Of a stretch of 64,000 bases of DNA, positions 38,203-48,057 are shown piece by piece. The notes below the pieces were generated by a model. The model ran no database searches and was not told the DNA's origin. It was given only the letters and a program-made list of their open reading frames with translations. The DNA comes from a virus. Lineage: Duplodnaviria > Caudoviricetes. The position numbers and the translations under genes are program-made. The stretch's first letter is position 1. Each line of letters opens with the position of its first letter. The stretch lies in IMG/VR virus record IMGVR_UViG_3300027892_002613, positions 1 to 64,000 of that record; one strand, written 5' to 3'.

Positions 38203-40272
38203 ATGGCATTAGGTTTCCCTTGGTATAAAAGTATTGACCCTTATATAATAACAGAATTAAATGCTAGAAAGAATCCGGTAACGGTATCAGGTATGGTGCC
38301 TTGGATTTATGTTACATCTAATTTAGGTGGGCAGAAAACTATATCATCCGGAACATACGCGGATATAATAGGGGATGCCTATAAATTAGATAAAGAATAT
38401 GGATTTAGACCTTCACCAATTATAACAGATTTTTCTGTAGATTTTTCACAAAGAGGAACTCTTAGGGCAGGTACGATAAAAATAAAATGTTTTACTGTAG
38501 AACAATATACCGATATACTTAAATATTTTTTAGAGCCAGGAATTAGTGTATTCATTCAATGGGGTTGGAATAAAACTGCAGCAAGTGGCAAAGCAGTTGG
38601 CCCTTTAGCAGCTAATTCAGGAAATGTAAATTCATACAATAGAAATCCTGATACATTAAATGCAATTAGACAAGCAAACGGTGGATGTTATGATAATATG
38701 GTTGGTATTATAACTGGTGGAGATAGTTCAATTGACGGAGAAAATTTTGAAGTTCAATGTAAGGTAACTACGATAGGTGAAATTTTATTTAATTATAATC
38801 AAGCGGCAGTAACCGTAGATGGGGAAAAGCCTGAGCCGATAGCATATGAGATAGTTCCAAATTCACTAGGACTTCAAAATAATTGGTACTATTGTTTTAA
38901 TCAATTGCCGGATGAAGTTAGAACTACAAAAGTTCAGGCATTGAAATCTGACTTTGCTAAATATGAATTTAATGAGTTTGTTAACTTTATGGAAGATATT
39001 TTAGAAGAAGCTAAAACTGAAACTGCAAAAAGTGGTTGGTTCACCGGTGATATAACATATAAAGGAGCATCATTTCAAGCGTTAGATGCAGAAAGTCCGG
39101 TTACTCCAAAAAAATATATTAGTTTTAATGCATTTATTAAAATACTAAACGAATCTAGAGTAAAAATATCAGGTGGAGCAGCTGAATTTAATGTTAACAT
39201 AGACAACACTTATATAAGTTGTTTTCCTGGAATATTTTCTACCGATGATAGAATTTTTATACCAAATAAAGCAACATATAATTATTTAGGTGAGAATGAA
39301 TATTTCAAAAAAGCGGGAGGAACTGCTGGGGGTACAATGGATACCTCTCTTGGTAAGATTAGTTTTCCAGGAGTAGAAGGTGCTCTTACAGATGCTACTG
39401 TAACAAAAGGAAATGAAACGATAACATTAGCGGCGAATACATTTGGTGATATACGATGGGTTTTTTTGGATTCTGAAATTGTAGCAGAGGCATTGAGAAA
39501 TCAAACTAAACCCATCAAAGAAGTATTAGATGGAGTATTATCTGTAATGGCGGAAGCAGTGGAGGGATTATGGTCATTTCAGATGTTAGAAAATAGTGGT
39601 CAATTAAAAATAGTAGATTCTAATTTAAGAAATAGTGATAAGGAAAGTGTTCATACGTTTTCATTATCAGGAACGGATAGTGTATTTCTTACTGCAAAAT
39701 TTGGAATGGATATATCAAAGGCAACTCAATCAAAAATATATTTAGAAAAATCAACAGGATTGAAAAACCCAAATGAATTAACAGGATTATTCTCAAACCA
39801 AACTGATAGTATATTGGCAAAACAAACAGTGGATTCATCATCACCCGCAAAAGGTGATGATACCGCATTAACAGATGCAAAGACACAAGGATGGATTGAT
39901 TTTAGAAGAAACAATAGATTAGCAGTTCATCCTAAAGCAACTCTCAAAGGTGAATCGGAAATAGGAGATGGTAATTTAGATGAATGGGCAGTACCGGTCG
40001 TGTGTTTGAATAAAAAAATGTTTACAGACCAACTTAAAACATACCTTACTGGGTTTGGAGTGGCATATACAGGTAGAACATTACCAGTGGAATTTAGTTT
40101 TACTGTTTTGGGTATAAGTGGATTTAAAGTTGGTCATATGTATAGAGTAATAGGTTTACCTGATTATTATAATAATAAAGGGGCATTTCAAGTAGAAGAG
40201 ATAAAGCATGCCGTTGATTCGGCAAAATGGACAACAGAAGTAATCGGGCACTATAGACCTTTCAGTAAATAA
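38203..40272 (+). CDS. Baseplate hub-like protein
   Basis: P.P.I, G.LR...I.I.CF, FL.PG....IQWGW and C-terminal GISG...G..Y....LP..Y...FQV..I.H.V....W.T; synteny. Confidence 0.6.
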   Translation: MALGFPWYKSIDPYIITELNARKNPVTVSGMVPWIYVTSNLGGQKTISSGTYADIIGDAYKLDKEYGFRPSPIITDFSVDFSQRGTLRAGTIKIKCFTVEQYTDILKYFLEPGISVFIQWGWNKTAASGKAVGPLAANSGNVNSYNRNPDTLNAIRQANGGCYDNMVGIITGGDSSIDGENFEVQCKVTTIGEILFNYNQAAVTVDGEKPEPIAYEIVPNSLGLQNNWYYCFNQLPDEVRTTKVQALKSDFAKYEFNEFVNFMEDILEEAKTETAKSGWFTGDITYKGASFQALDAESPVTPKKYISFNAFIKILNESRVKISGGAAEFNVNIDNTYISCFPGIFSTDDRIFIPNKATYNYLGENEYFKKAGGTAGGTMDTSLGKISFPGVEGALTDATVTKGNETITLAANTFGDIRWVFLDSEIVAEALRNQTKPIKEVLDGVLSVMAEAVEGLWSFQMLENSGQLKIVDSNLRNSDKESVHTFSLSGTDSVFLTAKFGMDISKATQSKIYLEKSTGLKNPNELTGLFSNQTDSILAKQTVDSSSPAKGDDTALTDAKTQGWIDFRRNNRLAVHPKATLKGESEIGDGNLDEWAVPVVCLNKKMFTDQLKTYLTGFGVAYTGRTLPVEFSFTVLGISGFKVGHMYRVIGLPDYYNNKGAFQVEEIKHAVDSAKWTTEVIGHYRPFSK

Positions 40273-40273
40273 T

Positions 40274-40660
40274 ATGGGAGCAGTAGAACAATATAAGAAA
40301 TTAAAAAATTATATTAAGATAAAAAATAGTATGCCTAAAGCTCATTATCCATCACCAACGGATGAGGATTATATTAAAGGTATTATTGTTCGTTATTTTG
40401 TGCAAAGAAGAGATACTCCCGGCTCTGTAATAATTGAAATAAATTCTCAAAGATTCAATGAATATAGTGGCGGTGTATATTATAAAACCACAACACTTAA
40501 ATGGAGAATCACCGGAAATTTAGAAGATACTTATACTAATCAAGGTGCATTAATTCCATCGGTAATACGTTCAAATCAAATGGCTATTAAAGAGGCAGAA
40601 AAGGAATTACCGGAGTTAAATCTATATTTGGTTAATCCGAAACAATTTTATAGAGCTTGA
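40274..40660 (+). CDS. Hypothetical protein, probably structural
   Basis: P.PT..DY.KG.I.RYF and L.W.I.G motifs; last gene of the tail operon. Confidence 0.55.
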   Translation: MGAVEQYKKLKNYIKIKNSMPKAHYPSPTDEDYIKGIIVRYFVQRRDTPGSVIIEINSQRFNEYSGGVYYKTTTLKWRITGNLEDTYTNQGALIPSVIRSNQMAIKEAEKELPELNLYLVNPKQFYRA

Positions 40661-40677
40661 TATAAATCATAAATTTA

Positions 40678-40711
40678 TTTGGAAAATTAAATAATTCATC
40701 GTATATTTATA
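40678..40711 (+). promoter_or_regulatory. Bacteroidota-type promoter overlapping the late motif
   Basis: TTTG(40678)-N20-TATATTTA(40702); ATATTTATA at 40703. Confidence 0.65.
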
Positions 40712-40732
40712 GTTATAATAAACAACAAAGTT

Positions 40733-41509
40733 ATGTTCAAACATCTTACAGATTTAGAAGTCCAACAAATTACGTTTGATTGGCGATACAGAGGATTTAC
40801 AACCTTAGAATTACTTACCGAAGAAGAGTGTGATGAAATAAATGATGAGTTAGAAAGACTTCGTCAAGAAAGAAAAGGAACACTTACTCCAGATGGTAAA
40901 GAGTGGGGAGAGTGGGACCCGTTTTCATACCCACACAAAATTTCAGAAAAAATAGAGAAACTATTTGTTCACCCGAAGATTATTGAAGCATGCTCATATC
41001 TTATGGGAGGTGAAATCGTTGGTATGCAGACTTGGTCGTATTTTAAACCACCTGGACAATTAGGTAGAGATATGCACCAAAATGCATTCTACACAGGATG
41101 TGGACACAATGAAATCATCAATACTGCATTGGCTTTAGATAACCACGATGCGGGTAATGGAGCAGTATGGAACTACGAAGGTTCACACCGTTTACCAACT
41201 TTACCGATTGAAGTGGATGAGGAAAGAGCTAAAACTAATCCTAACTTTTGGAGAAACGAAAGAGGTAAACCTTGTATTATGCCAGAAGGACATGATTTCC
41301 GTAAGGTAGAAGGAGTTCTTAAAAAGGGACAGGTAGTTTTACTTCACTCACATTGTGTGCATGGTTCAGAAGCAAACGATTCAAACCGATTCCGTAGAAA
41401 CTTATTAGGAGGATATCTTAAAAGAGGAGCTTACTTCAATCAGGGTTCACATATGAAGAGAGAACCAATTGAGTTGCAACCTTTACAAGAAAAATATTGG
41501 AATTCTTAA
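40733..41509 (+). CDS. PhyH-like Fe(II)/2-oxoglutarate dioxygenase
   Basis: YFKPPG...HQN, ALD.....NGA....GSH and G.V.L.H...VHGS..N.S..FRR motifs. Confidence 0.85.
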   Translation: MFKHLTDLEVQQITFDWRYRGFTTLELLTEEECDEINDELERLRQERKGTLTPDGKEWGEWDPFSYPHKISEKIEKLFVHPKIIEACSYLMGGEIVGMQTWSYFKPPGQLGRDMHQNAFYTGCGHNEIINTALALDNHDAGNGAVWNYEGSHRLPTLPIEVDEERAKTNPNFWRNERGKPCIMPEGHDFRKVEGVLKKGQVVLLHSHCVHGSEANDSNRFRRNLLGGYLKRGAYFNQGSHMKREPIELQPLQEKYWNS

Positions 41510-41527
41510 AAATTTTTCGTATATTTG
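41496..41527 (+). promoter_or_regulatory. Bacteroidota-type promoter
   Basis: ATTG(41496)-N20-TATATTTG(41520). Confidence 0.65.
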
Positions 41528-41533
41528 TTTTCT

Positions 41534-42772
41534 ATGGTTTACTATGTAGAAAATAAAGATATTGAGACAAGATTTATGGATGAATACACATCCAAAGATT
41601 CCGTTATATTCCCTCTATTCAAAAATAGAACAGAACACCCTATAGCCAATAAGCTGTTGGGTGTTTTTGTGTTTATAGGAGAACATTGTTGGGTTATAAT
41701 GGAAGAGCACAATGATTGTGTTTCCCTTAGCCTATCCATATTGGAGAGAAGTGATAGAGTTAAGTACATCTTCGATACAAAATGGTTCTTACACCAAACC
41801 AAAATAACAAATTGGAAAAGTGTTGATGTTTCATACCACTTAATGGAGTTTAAATCCTATGCATATGATATGATATACCAATCTTTTACCAATGGATATA
41901 GGGACAAATCTGATATTTCATTCATTCCAATTGCAACTATTCTAAAAGGAGTTGTGAATTTCGTTGTGGAGAACGCTAAGTATGCTAGAATCGATTCAAA
42001 TGGTTTTGATAGATACAATGATTACACAATTCCATCGTTCCTTAGAATCGAAGCAAATGGTATTCCTACCACATATGGGTATGAGTATTCTCTTTACAAT
42101 AATTTTACCACAACAGGGAGACCTTCGAATACATTTGGAGGAATAAATTATTCGGCTCTTAAGAAATCTGATGGTAGTAGAGATTTCATTGTTAGTAAAA
42201 ATGGAGAATTGGTTCAATATGATTTTGATGGATATCACATTCGATTAATTGCAAAATTAATAGGAGAGCCAATGCCGGAAGGTTCTGCACATGAATGGTT
42301 AGGGAGACAATATTTTGGGAAAGATGAGTTAACAGAAGAGGATTACCTTAATAGTAAGAAAATTACTTTCCAACAATTGTATGGTGGAATCGATGTTCAT
42401 AATTTAGAGATACCATTCTTCCAAAAAACAAATGATTTCATAACTAAATTATATAAGAATTTTGTAGTAAATGGATTTATTGAGACTAGATTTGGGAAGC
42501 GGATACCATTTACTAAGATAGATAATCATAATGCTCAGAAAGTGTTTAACTATTATTTGCAGGCATTAGAGACTGAACAAAATGTTTTACTACTTCATCA
42601 ATTGAATATTTTGTTGGAAAATACTAAGACAAAATTGGTTCTTTACACATATGATTCTTTTTTATTTGATGTTGATACTAACGAAATTGAACTTTTATCC
42701 AAAATAGAGGAGGTTTTGCATAGAATATCCCCTACAAAGATGGAGAAAAATTATACTTACGGAAATATTTAA
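41534..42772 (+). CDS. Divergent family A DNA polymerase-like protein
   Basis: TTTGRPS; motif A (QYDFDGYHIRL); motif B (KKITFQQLYGG); motif C (LYTYDSFLFD). ATG at 41534 preferred because the track's TTG start lies inside the promoter. Confidence 0.75.
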   Translation: MVYYVENKDIETRFMDEYTSKDSVIFPLFKNRTEHPIANKLLGVFVFIGEHCWVIMEEHNDCVSLSLSILERSDRVKYIFDTKWFLHQTKITNWKSVDVSYHLMEFKSYAYDMIYQSFTNGYRDKSDISFIPIATILKGVVNFVVENAKYARIDSNGFDRYNDYTIPSFLRIEANGIPTTYGYEYSLYNNFTTTGRPSNTFGGINYSALKKSDGSRDFIVSKNGELVQYDFDGYHIRLIAKLIGEPMPEGSAHEWLGRQYFGKDELTEEDYLNSKKITFQQLYGGIDVHNLEIPFFQKTNDFITKLYKNFVVNGFIETRFGKRIPFTKIDNHNAQKVFNYYLQALETEQNVLLLHQLNILLENTKTKLVLYTYDSFLFDVDTNEIELLSKIEEVLHRISPTKMEKNYTYGNI

Positions 42773-42810
42773 TACTTATATAGGATAAAAAGTATAAAAT
42801 AAATCGTTAG

Positions 42811-43206
42811 ATGAAAACACAGTTACTATGCACCTTTACAGATAAAGAAGTTTTGCAGGATATATTGCAACAAATTAGAGAAAATTATAAAATAGTATAT
42901 AACTACATCTACATTCTACAGAATAAGACCAATTTAGATGAATTATATATTACATATAATATCGATGTGGAGTTCAGGCCAAATAAGCAGTTATCCAACA
43001 CTATATTGGTACATAGAAAGAAACAATCGAACACCCTATATACAATCAATGCATTGAACCAATTAATTAAAGAAGAAAACGGAGGAGTATTAGATACCTC
43101 ATTCTCTTTAGATTGGGATAAATTTAGAAATTGTATTATATTAACGGGTTTACAAGGAATTAGAAAAGTTCCTACAAGAATTTTTGAAAAGATAGAATTT
43201 AATTAA
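42811..43206 (+). CDS. Hypothetical phage protein
   Basis: Clean 131-aa ORF (QLLCTF...TYN...HRKKQSNTLYTINALN); function not recognised. Confidence 0.7.
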   Translation: MKTQLLCTFTDKEVLQDILQQIRENYKIVYNYIYILQNKTNLDELYITYNIDVEFRPNKQLSNTILVHRKKQSNTLYTINALNQLIKEENGGVLDTSFSLDWDKFRNCIILTGLQGIRKVPTRIFEKIEFN

Positions 43207-43210
43207 TCTT

Positions 43211-46200
43211 ATGGCAGATATTAAGAATATCATAAATGAGCTTTTATTAGAATTATCTGTAACCTATCCATTCCCTAATATGAAGGATAGAGAGCAGGTT
43301 TTTGCTCTATTAGAGATATGTGATGAATTGGGGTATAGTTATCTTAAACCTCAATTAGAAGAGATGTTTCTAAACGAAGCAGAAAAAGAGGGAGAATCTA
43401 AATTATTTCCAGGTAAGTTTCACTTAGGAGGTGGGTTTTATTCATCTAAAAATGGTGGAGAGGCTGAACTTAAAAATGAAAAAGGAAGTCTTAGACCCGT
43501 AACTCCGGAAGAGAAAGCCAAATTTGATGCAAAGAGTGGTAAGGGTGAAGAACCTAAGCCTAACGATGAGCCTAAAAAAGATGAACCTTCAGCAGAAAAA
43601 CCGGCTGATAAACCAGAAGAAAAACCAGAAACTCCAACCGGAGATAAACCTTCAGCCGAACAACCTGAAAAACCTGCCCCACCTCAAGCAAATCCAGAAG
43701 TAGAGAAAGGTAAGAAAGATGCAAAGGAAGACCCACAAAAAGTATTGAGTGACCCAAATGCTACTGCTCAGAGTAAAGCTATGGCTAGAGCATTTAAGGC
43801 ACAGAAAGATACAGATAGTGCGGATACCGAAGATAAACCTACTGAGGATGATATAAAAACTAAAAGCGAGACGGTATCAAAGGGATTAAAAAATAGAAAA
43901 AGTAAAGATGGTGAAGATTTAGATGTAGAAACTACTGAAAATGGTTCATTGATTATTGGAGTTGAGCACGGAAAAAGAAAAAAAAGTAATAAACAAACAA
44001 TAGAACAAATAAAAACTTTACCTAAAGATACAAAAGTAATGTTTGTAGGTGAGGGTGGTATGAGTAAAGATGATAATGGTAATATTGAATTTGGTGGAGA
44101 ACAAAATGAAATTAGAAATGCAGTAAAAGGACACTTTGATAATGCAGAAGAAAGTAGTTGGGATGAAAATGCAGACGTATTGGATGATAAATCACCTGTG
44201 TTTGATGAAGTAGCAAAATCGGTAGGGGGTAGTAAATCCAAAGCAAAAGCAGCCATATGGTCAAATATGTATGGACAAGATGGTCCTGACGAAAATATGA
44301 CACCTGAAGATTATTTAGATGATGAAGGAAAAGAGTGGTTAATCGACCAGGCTAAAAAAGGTGGAAGTTCGGAATTTGATGGCGAGGTTGATTGGAATAA
44401 CCTAACCGATGCACAGCAAAAAGACCTTTATGAATTAAATTACAGAGATGATGATGGGTATGGTGAAACTGAAATAAGTAAAACTCAAGAAGCATACAAC
44501 GGATTCCGTCAAAAAGAATTAGATAGAAAAATAAAAGAGGCAGAAGATGCTGGATACACAGTAATTGCACCGGTTGGAAACTCTCACGTTGATATGTGGA
44601 GAAAGAGAAATAAGAAAAATGAATTCAAACCTGTAGAAGCAGATGAAGTATCAAACGAAATGCCTGATGCAGATAAAGAGATATTCAATTCAAATGCGGA
44701 AGCACTTAGTGGATTACAACCTGCTCAATTGGAACAATTCAATACTGATATAGACAAAGTTGCTAAGATGATTTCTGACGCGGAAGCTAAAGGAGAACCT
44801 GCACCTGATATCAATTTATGTGATATTACTATTCCTGGAACTAACTTATATTGTGATGATAATAAGGGAATACCTAGAGAAGAAATGCCTCAATTCAAAG
44901 GAAAGGCGGTAGAAGGTAGTAAAGCAGCAGGTATGGAAACTGATAAGGATGGTGAAGTAGATACAGAGCCGGTATTCAGAGAAATGTTGAAACAAAAGAA
45001 CGTTAAAGTATTACAAACTAAAGTTCCCGCAGATAAATTAAAAGCAACTCAAAAAGATTTAGTAGGCGGTAAAGTAATTGGTATGATGGGAGCATTGGAA
45101 AAAGACCCTACCAATCCAAAGATTACTGCACCAATATATGTGAGTAGAGATGGATATGTAATCGATGGACACCACAGATGGGCTGCAATTGTAGCTTACA
45201 ATGCTAAACACCCAGATTCACCGATTGAAATGAAATCAACGGTAATCGATATGGATATTAAAGATGCGATTCCGATGGCGAATAAGTTTGCTGAAGATAT
45301 GGGAATTGCAGCTAAAAAAGCGGATGTTAAAGATGGAGAAGTACCTGCACCAAAAGAACCAAATAAAAAAGAAGGTGGAGTAATACATCCAGTAGGTGGA
45401 AATTATTATTCAGATACTCCTGATGGCCCTGCACAATATGTAAAAACAGAAAGTGTAGTTAGAGAAATATTTGAAAATGAAAATGAAAAGTTTTTAAGTT
45501 TATTATTTGAAAAGAGTGTAACAAAAAAATTACCAAATGGTGATACAGTTAAAGTAACACCAATTGATGTAAAAGACCAACCGGAGGCGACTGCAAAAGC
45601 CGATGAATTAGATTCTAATGTAAATGCAGATGTAGCAACTGCAAGAACTAATTTGAAAATAAGCGATGATGTTATAAAAAAGCGTATAGCAGAGGCTAAT
45701 AAACATATCGATAATTCTGAAGCGGATGATTCAACTAAAAAAATATTAAAAGATGCTATTGCCAAAATCCTTAAAGGAGAAGATGTAGACCCTAATGATT
45801 TAGAGATTGCAAGTAAGTGGTTAGCGGTTAGAGTTGGAGGAGGAAATGATATTGGTCTTTATATAGCTAAAACAGAAGGAGATTTTAATTCTAATTCAAG
45901 AGAAAAAATCCAAATGAATATAGACCCTCAAAAGGTTGAGGATTATGATACTAAAGCAGAGGAGTGGAATGATAGTATGGTAAATAAATATGGATTACCT
46001 ATTAGAACCCAAACTGGTGCGTATGTAAATAAAAAAGATTGGACTGCGAATAAAATGAATAAAAAACGCAGAAAAGTAAAGTTTGAAGTTTCCGAAAATG
46101 GAAATAGCGTAACAGTAGATGGGGTTACTTATACTAAAAGACCAGTGCCGGATAAGGAAACTTTAGTAGAACAAACAAATTTAGTTGAACAATTTATTAA

Positions 46201-47470
46201 ACAAGGTTCTTCTGAAGAGGAGGCAAACGAAGAAGCTAGGAAAGTAATTGCTGCTATTGAAAGAGGAAACACAATGGTTGATAAACTTTCAAAAGATGGT
46301 GAAATGGAAGTGGTGGATTATGGTCCAACTGATACCAATGATAATAGAAAAAAGACCCTTAAGAATACAATAGATAAAACTAGAAAAAGTATATTAAAAT
46401 CTATAAAAAAATATTCAGGATTATCTGAAGAAGAAATTTTAGAAAAATATGCAGACTTATTTAAAAGTATAGATGAGATAGAAAAATCCGCACCCATAAA
46501 CAATCCGAATTGGGATTCTATGAGTGCAGAGGAAAAAGAAAAAGCATCAGCAGAATATTTAGGTAAACTTACAAATGTATTACAAAATATAAGAAGAGAT
46601 AAAGATATAGCATCAGGTGGTCCTGATATAGCGGAAGTTTTAGTATTTATGAATGAAATCGGAAAAGGAAATCAGGCATTTTTACCTTCATCATCAAACT
46701 TCCCAACTGTTGATATAGTTTCATTTAATCAACAAAAAACCCCACCGGAAAACGCAACTCCAGAAGAATTAGCGGAATTTTATGCAAATGAATACTCTGC
46801 AAATAGTGTTTCATTTATTGATAGTGATGCTGAAAGTATTAAATTGGGTAAGGGTGGTGCAAGTGCGGGCCCTTCAAAAACTGATGGAAGTACATTTAAT
46901 AACGAAAAAACAAAAGAAGTATTGGATTCAATGATGGATAGTTATCATGCTATTTATGGAGAGTATCCACCTTCAAAAGAAGCAATTGATAAAGCGGAGG
47001 AAGGTTATAAAGCACAAAGAGCCCATATGATAGAAATTTTAGTTGGGCAGGGTAAGAGTCCTGAGCAGGCTGAAAGAATGGTTTCCGATGTAGAAACGAA
47101 GGCAACAGATGGTGAAAAATCTGCATATCAACAGGCTAAAAAATCATATCAAAATAGTTTAGGGGAAGAGGAAATGGATGCTGAATTTGATAGAGGATTA
47201 AAATTATATAATAAGACTGGGATGTTATTTGAGATGATGTTCAATGAAGACGTTAAATCAAATAACTTTGGTAATGTTAGATTTGTAGAAAGTGGTACCG
47301 GTGCACGAACTAGAATTTCAATGGAAGTTTTGGATGGTATAAATGAAAAGTGCTGTGTTAAATTCAATCCAAATCCGGGAGAACTCAAAATTAAAGGTGA
47401 TGCGAGCGGAAAGAGAAAAGCGGGTATAAATGTATCTTATTCAACTTGGATAGTAAAATGTAAAAAATAA
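43211..47470 (+). CDS. Large acidic multidomain protein with a ParB/Srx-like domain and a possible PD-(D/E)xK domain
   Basis: LKATQ...PIYVSRDGYVIDGHHRWAA (ParB-like); E...LP...NFPTVDIV...ESIK near the C-terminus; Pro/Glu/Lys-rich linkers. Confidence 0.7.
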   Translation: MADIKNIINELLLELSVTYPFPNMKDREQVFALLEICDELGYSYLKPQLEEMFLNEAEKEGESKLFPGKFHLGGGFYSSKNGGEAELKNEKGSLRPVTPEEKAKFDAKSGKGEEPKPNDEPKKDEPSAEKPADKPEEKPETPTGDKPSAEQPEKPAPPQANPEVEKGKKDAKEDPQKVLSDPNATAQSKAMARAFKAQKDTDSADTEDKPTEDDIKTKSETVSKGLKNRKSKDGEDLDVETTENGSLIIGVEHGKRKKSNKQTIEQIKTLPKDTKVMFVGEGGMSKDDNGNIEFGGEQNEIRNAVKGHFDNAEESSWDENADVLDDKSPVFDEVAKSVGGSKSKAKAAIWSNMYGQDGPDENMTPEDYLDDEGKEWLIDQAKKGGSSEFDGEVDWNNLTDAQQKDLYELNYRDDDGYGETEISKTQEAYNGFRQKELDRKIKEAEDAGYTVIAPVGNSHVDMWRKRNKKNEFKPVEADEVSNEMPDADKEIFNSNAEALSGLQPAQLEQFNTDIDKVAKMISDAEAKGEPAPDINLCDITIPGTNLYCDDNKGIPREEMPQFKGKAVEGSKAAGMETDKDGEVDTEPVFREMLKQKNVKVLQTKVPADKLKATQKDLVGGKVIGMMGALEKDPTNPKITAPIYVSRDGYVIDGHHRWAAIVAYNAKHPDSPIEMKSTVIDMDIKDAIPMANKFAEDMGIAAKKADVKDGEVPAPKEPNKKEGGVIHPVGGNYYSDTPDGPAQYVKTESVVREIFENENEKFLSLLFEKSVTKKLPNGDTVKVTPIDVKDQPEATAKADELDSNVNADVATARTNLKISDDVIKKRIAEANKHIDNSEADDSTKKILKDAIAKILKGEDVDPNDLEIASKWLAVRVGGGNDIGLYIAKTEGDFNSNSREKIQMNIDPQKVEDYDTKAEEWNDSMVNKYGLPIRTQTGAYVNKKDWTANKMNKKRRKVKFEVSENGNSVTVDGVTYTKRPVPDKETLVEQTNLVEQFIKQGSSEEEANEEARKVIAAIERGNTMVDKLSKDGEMEVVDYGPTDTNDNRKKTLKNTIDKTRKSILKSIKKYSGLSEEEILEKYADLFKSIDEIEKSAPINNPNWDSMSAEEKEKASAEYLGKLTNVLQNIRRDKDIASGGPDIAEVLVFMNEIGKGNQAFLPSSSNFPTVDIVSFNQQKTPPENATPEELAEFYANEYSANSVSFIDSDAESIKLGKGGASAGPSKTDGSTFNNEKTKEVLDSMMDSYHAIYGEYPPSKEAIDKAEEGYKAQRAHMIEILVGQGKSPEQAERMVSDVETKATDGEKSAYQQAKKSYQNSLGEEEMDAEFDRGLKLYNKTGMLFEMMFNEDVKSNNFGNVRFVESGTGARTRISMEVLDGINEKCCVKFNPNPGELKIKGDASGKRKAGINVSYSTWIVKCKK

Positions 47471-47502
47471 TTTGGAAATATAAAATTTTCTTATTATCTT
47501 TA
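47471..47502 (+). promoter_or_regulatory. Bacteroidota-type promoter
   Basis: TTTG(47471)-N20-TATCTTTA(47495). Confidence 0.65.
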
Positions 47503-47521
47503 CACTTATAAACCAAACGTT

Positions 47522-47878
47522 ATGACAATCAACTATAAGAACCCAGAAATAGTAGCTCAAATTGAAGCTGAGTATCCGGAAACGACAGCGGAATACAAAA
47601 AGATTATGATAGAAGGATATGAAACCTTCTGTTTAAAACAATCAAATTACGGACCAGGTAATATATCAGTAGGAACATCATTAGTTACCGAAGAGGAGAG
47701 AAAATTATCTCAAACAGGATTGTGGTTCAGAATGAATGATAAGATTCAGAGATTAAAACAATTAGTGGTATTGGGTAAACAAGATAATGTGGGAGAAGCA
47801 ATAGATGATACTTATCAGGATTTATCTGTATATGGAATCATTGCACAATTAGTTAGTAGAGGAAAGTGGGCTAAGTAA
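47522..47878 (+). CDS. Nucleotide-modification-associated domain 1 (DUF1599-like) all-alpha protein
   Basis: KQ.NYG..N, R.NDK.QRL and E...DT..DL.VY.II pattern. Confidence 0.7.
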   Translation: MTINYKNPEIVAQIEAEYPETTAEYKKIMIEGYETFCLKQSNYGPGNISVGTSLVTEEERKLSQTGLWFRMNDKIQRLKQLVVLGKQDNVGEAIDDTYQDLSVYGIIAQLVSRGKWAK

Positions 47879-48057
47879 TGACTTATATAAACATATACAT
47901 ACCTAAATTAAGTGAACTAAAACAGAGGTTAGAAGAAAATCCTAAACTAATTGAATATTATATCAAATATGAAGGTTGGACAGGTGATTCCGACTCAATT
48001 AATTTTTTAGAGGAAAAAGTAAAAGAATTTTTTAAAAATAAAAAAGAAGCAAAATGA
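47878..48057 (+). CDS. Hypothetical protein (59 aa); not in the ORF track
   Basis: MTYINIYIPKLSELKQRLEENPKL...KKEAK*. Overlaps both neighbours (TAATG, ATGA), suggesting translational coupling. Confidence 0.6.
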   Translation: MTYINIYIPKLSELKQRLEENPKLIEYYIKYEGWTGDSDSINFLEEKVKEFFKNKKEAK

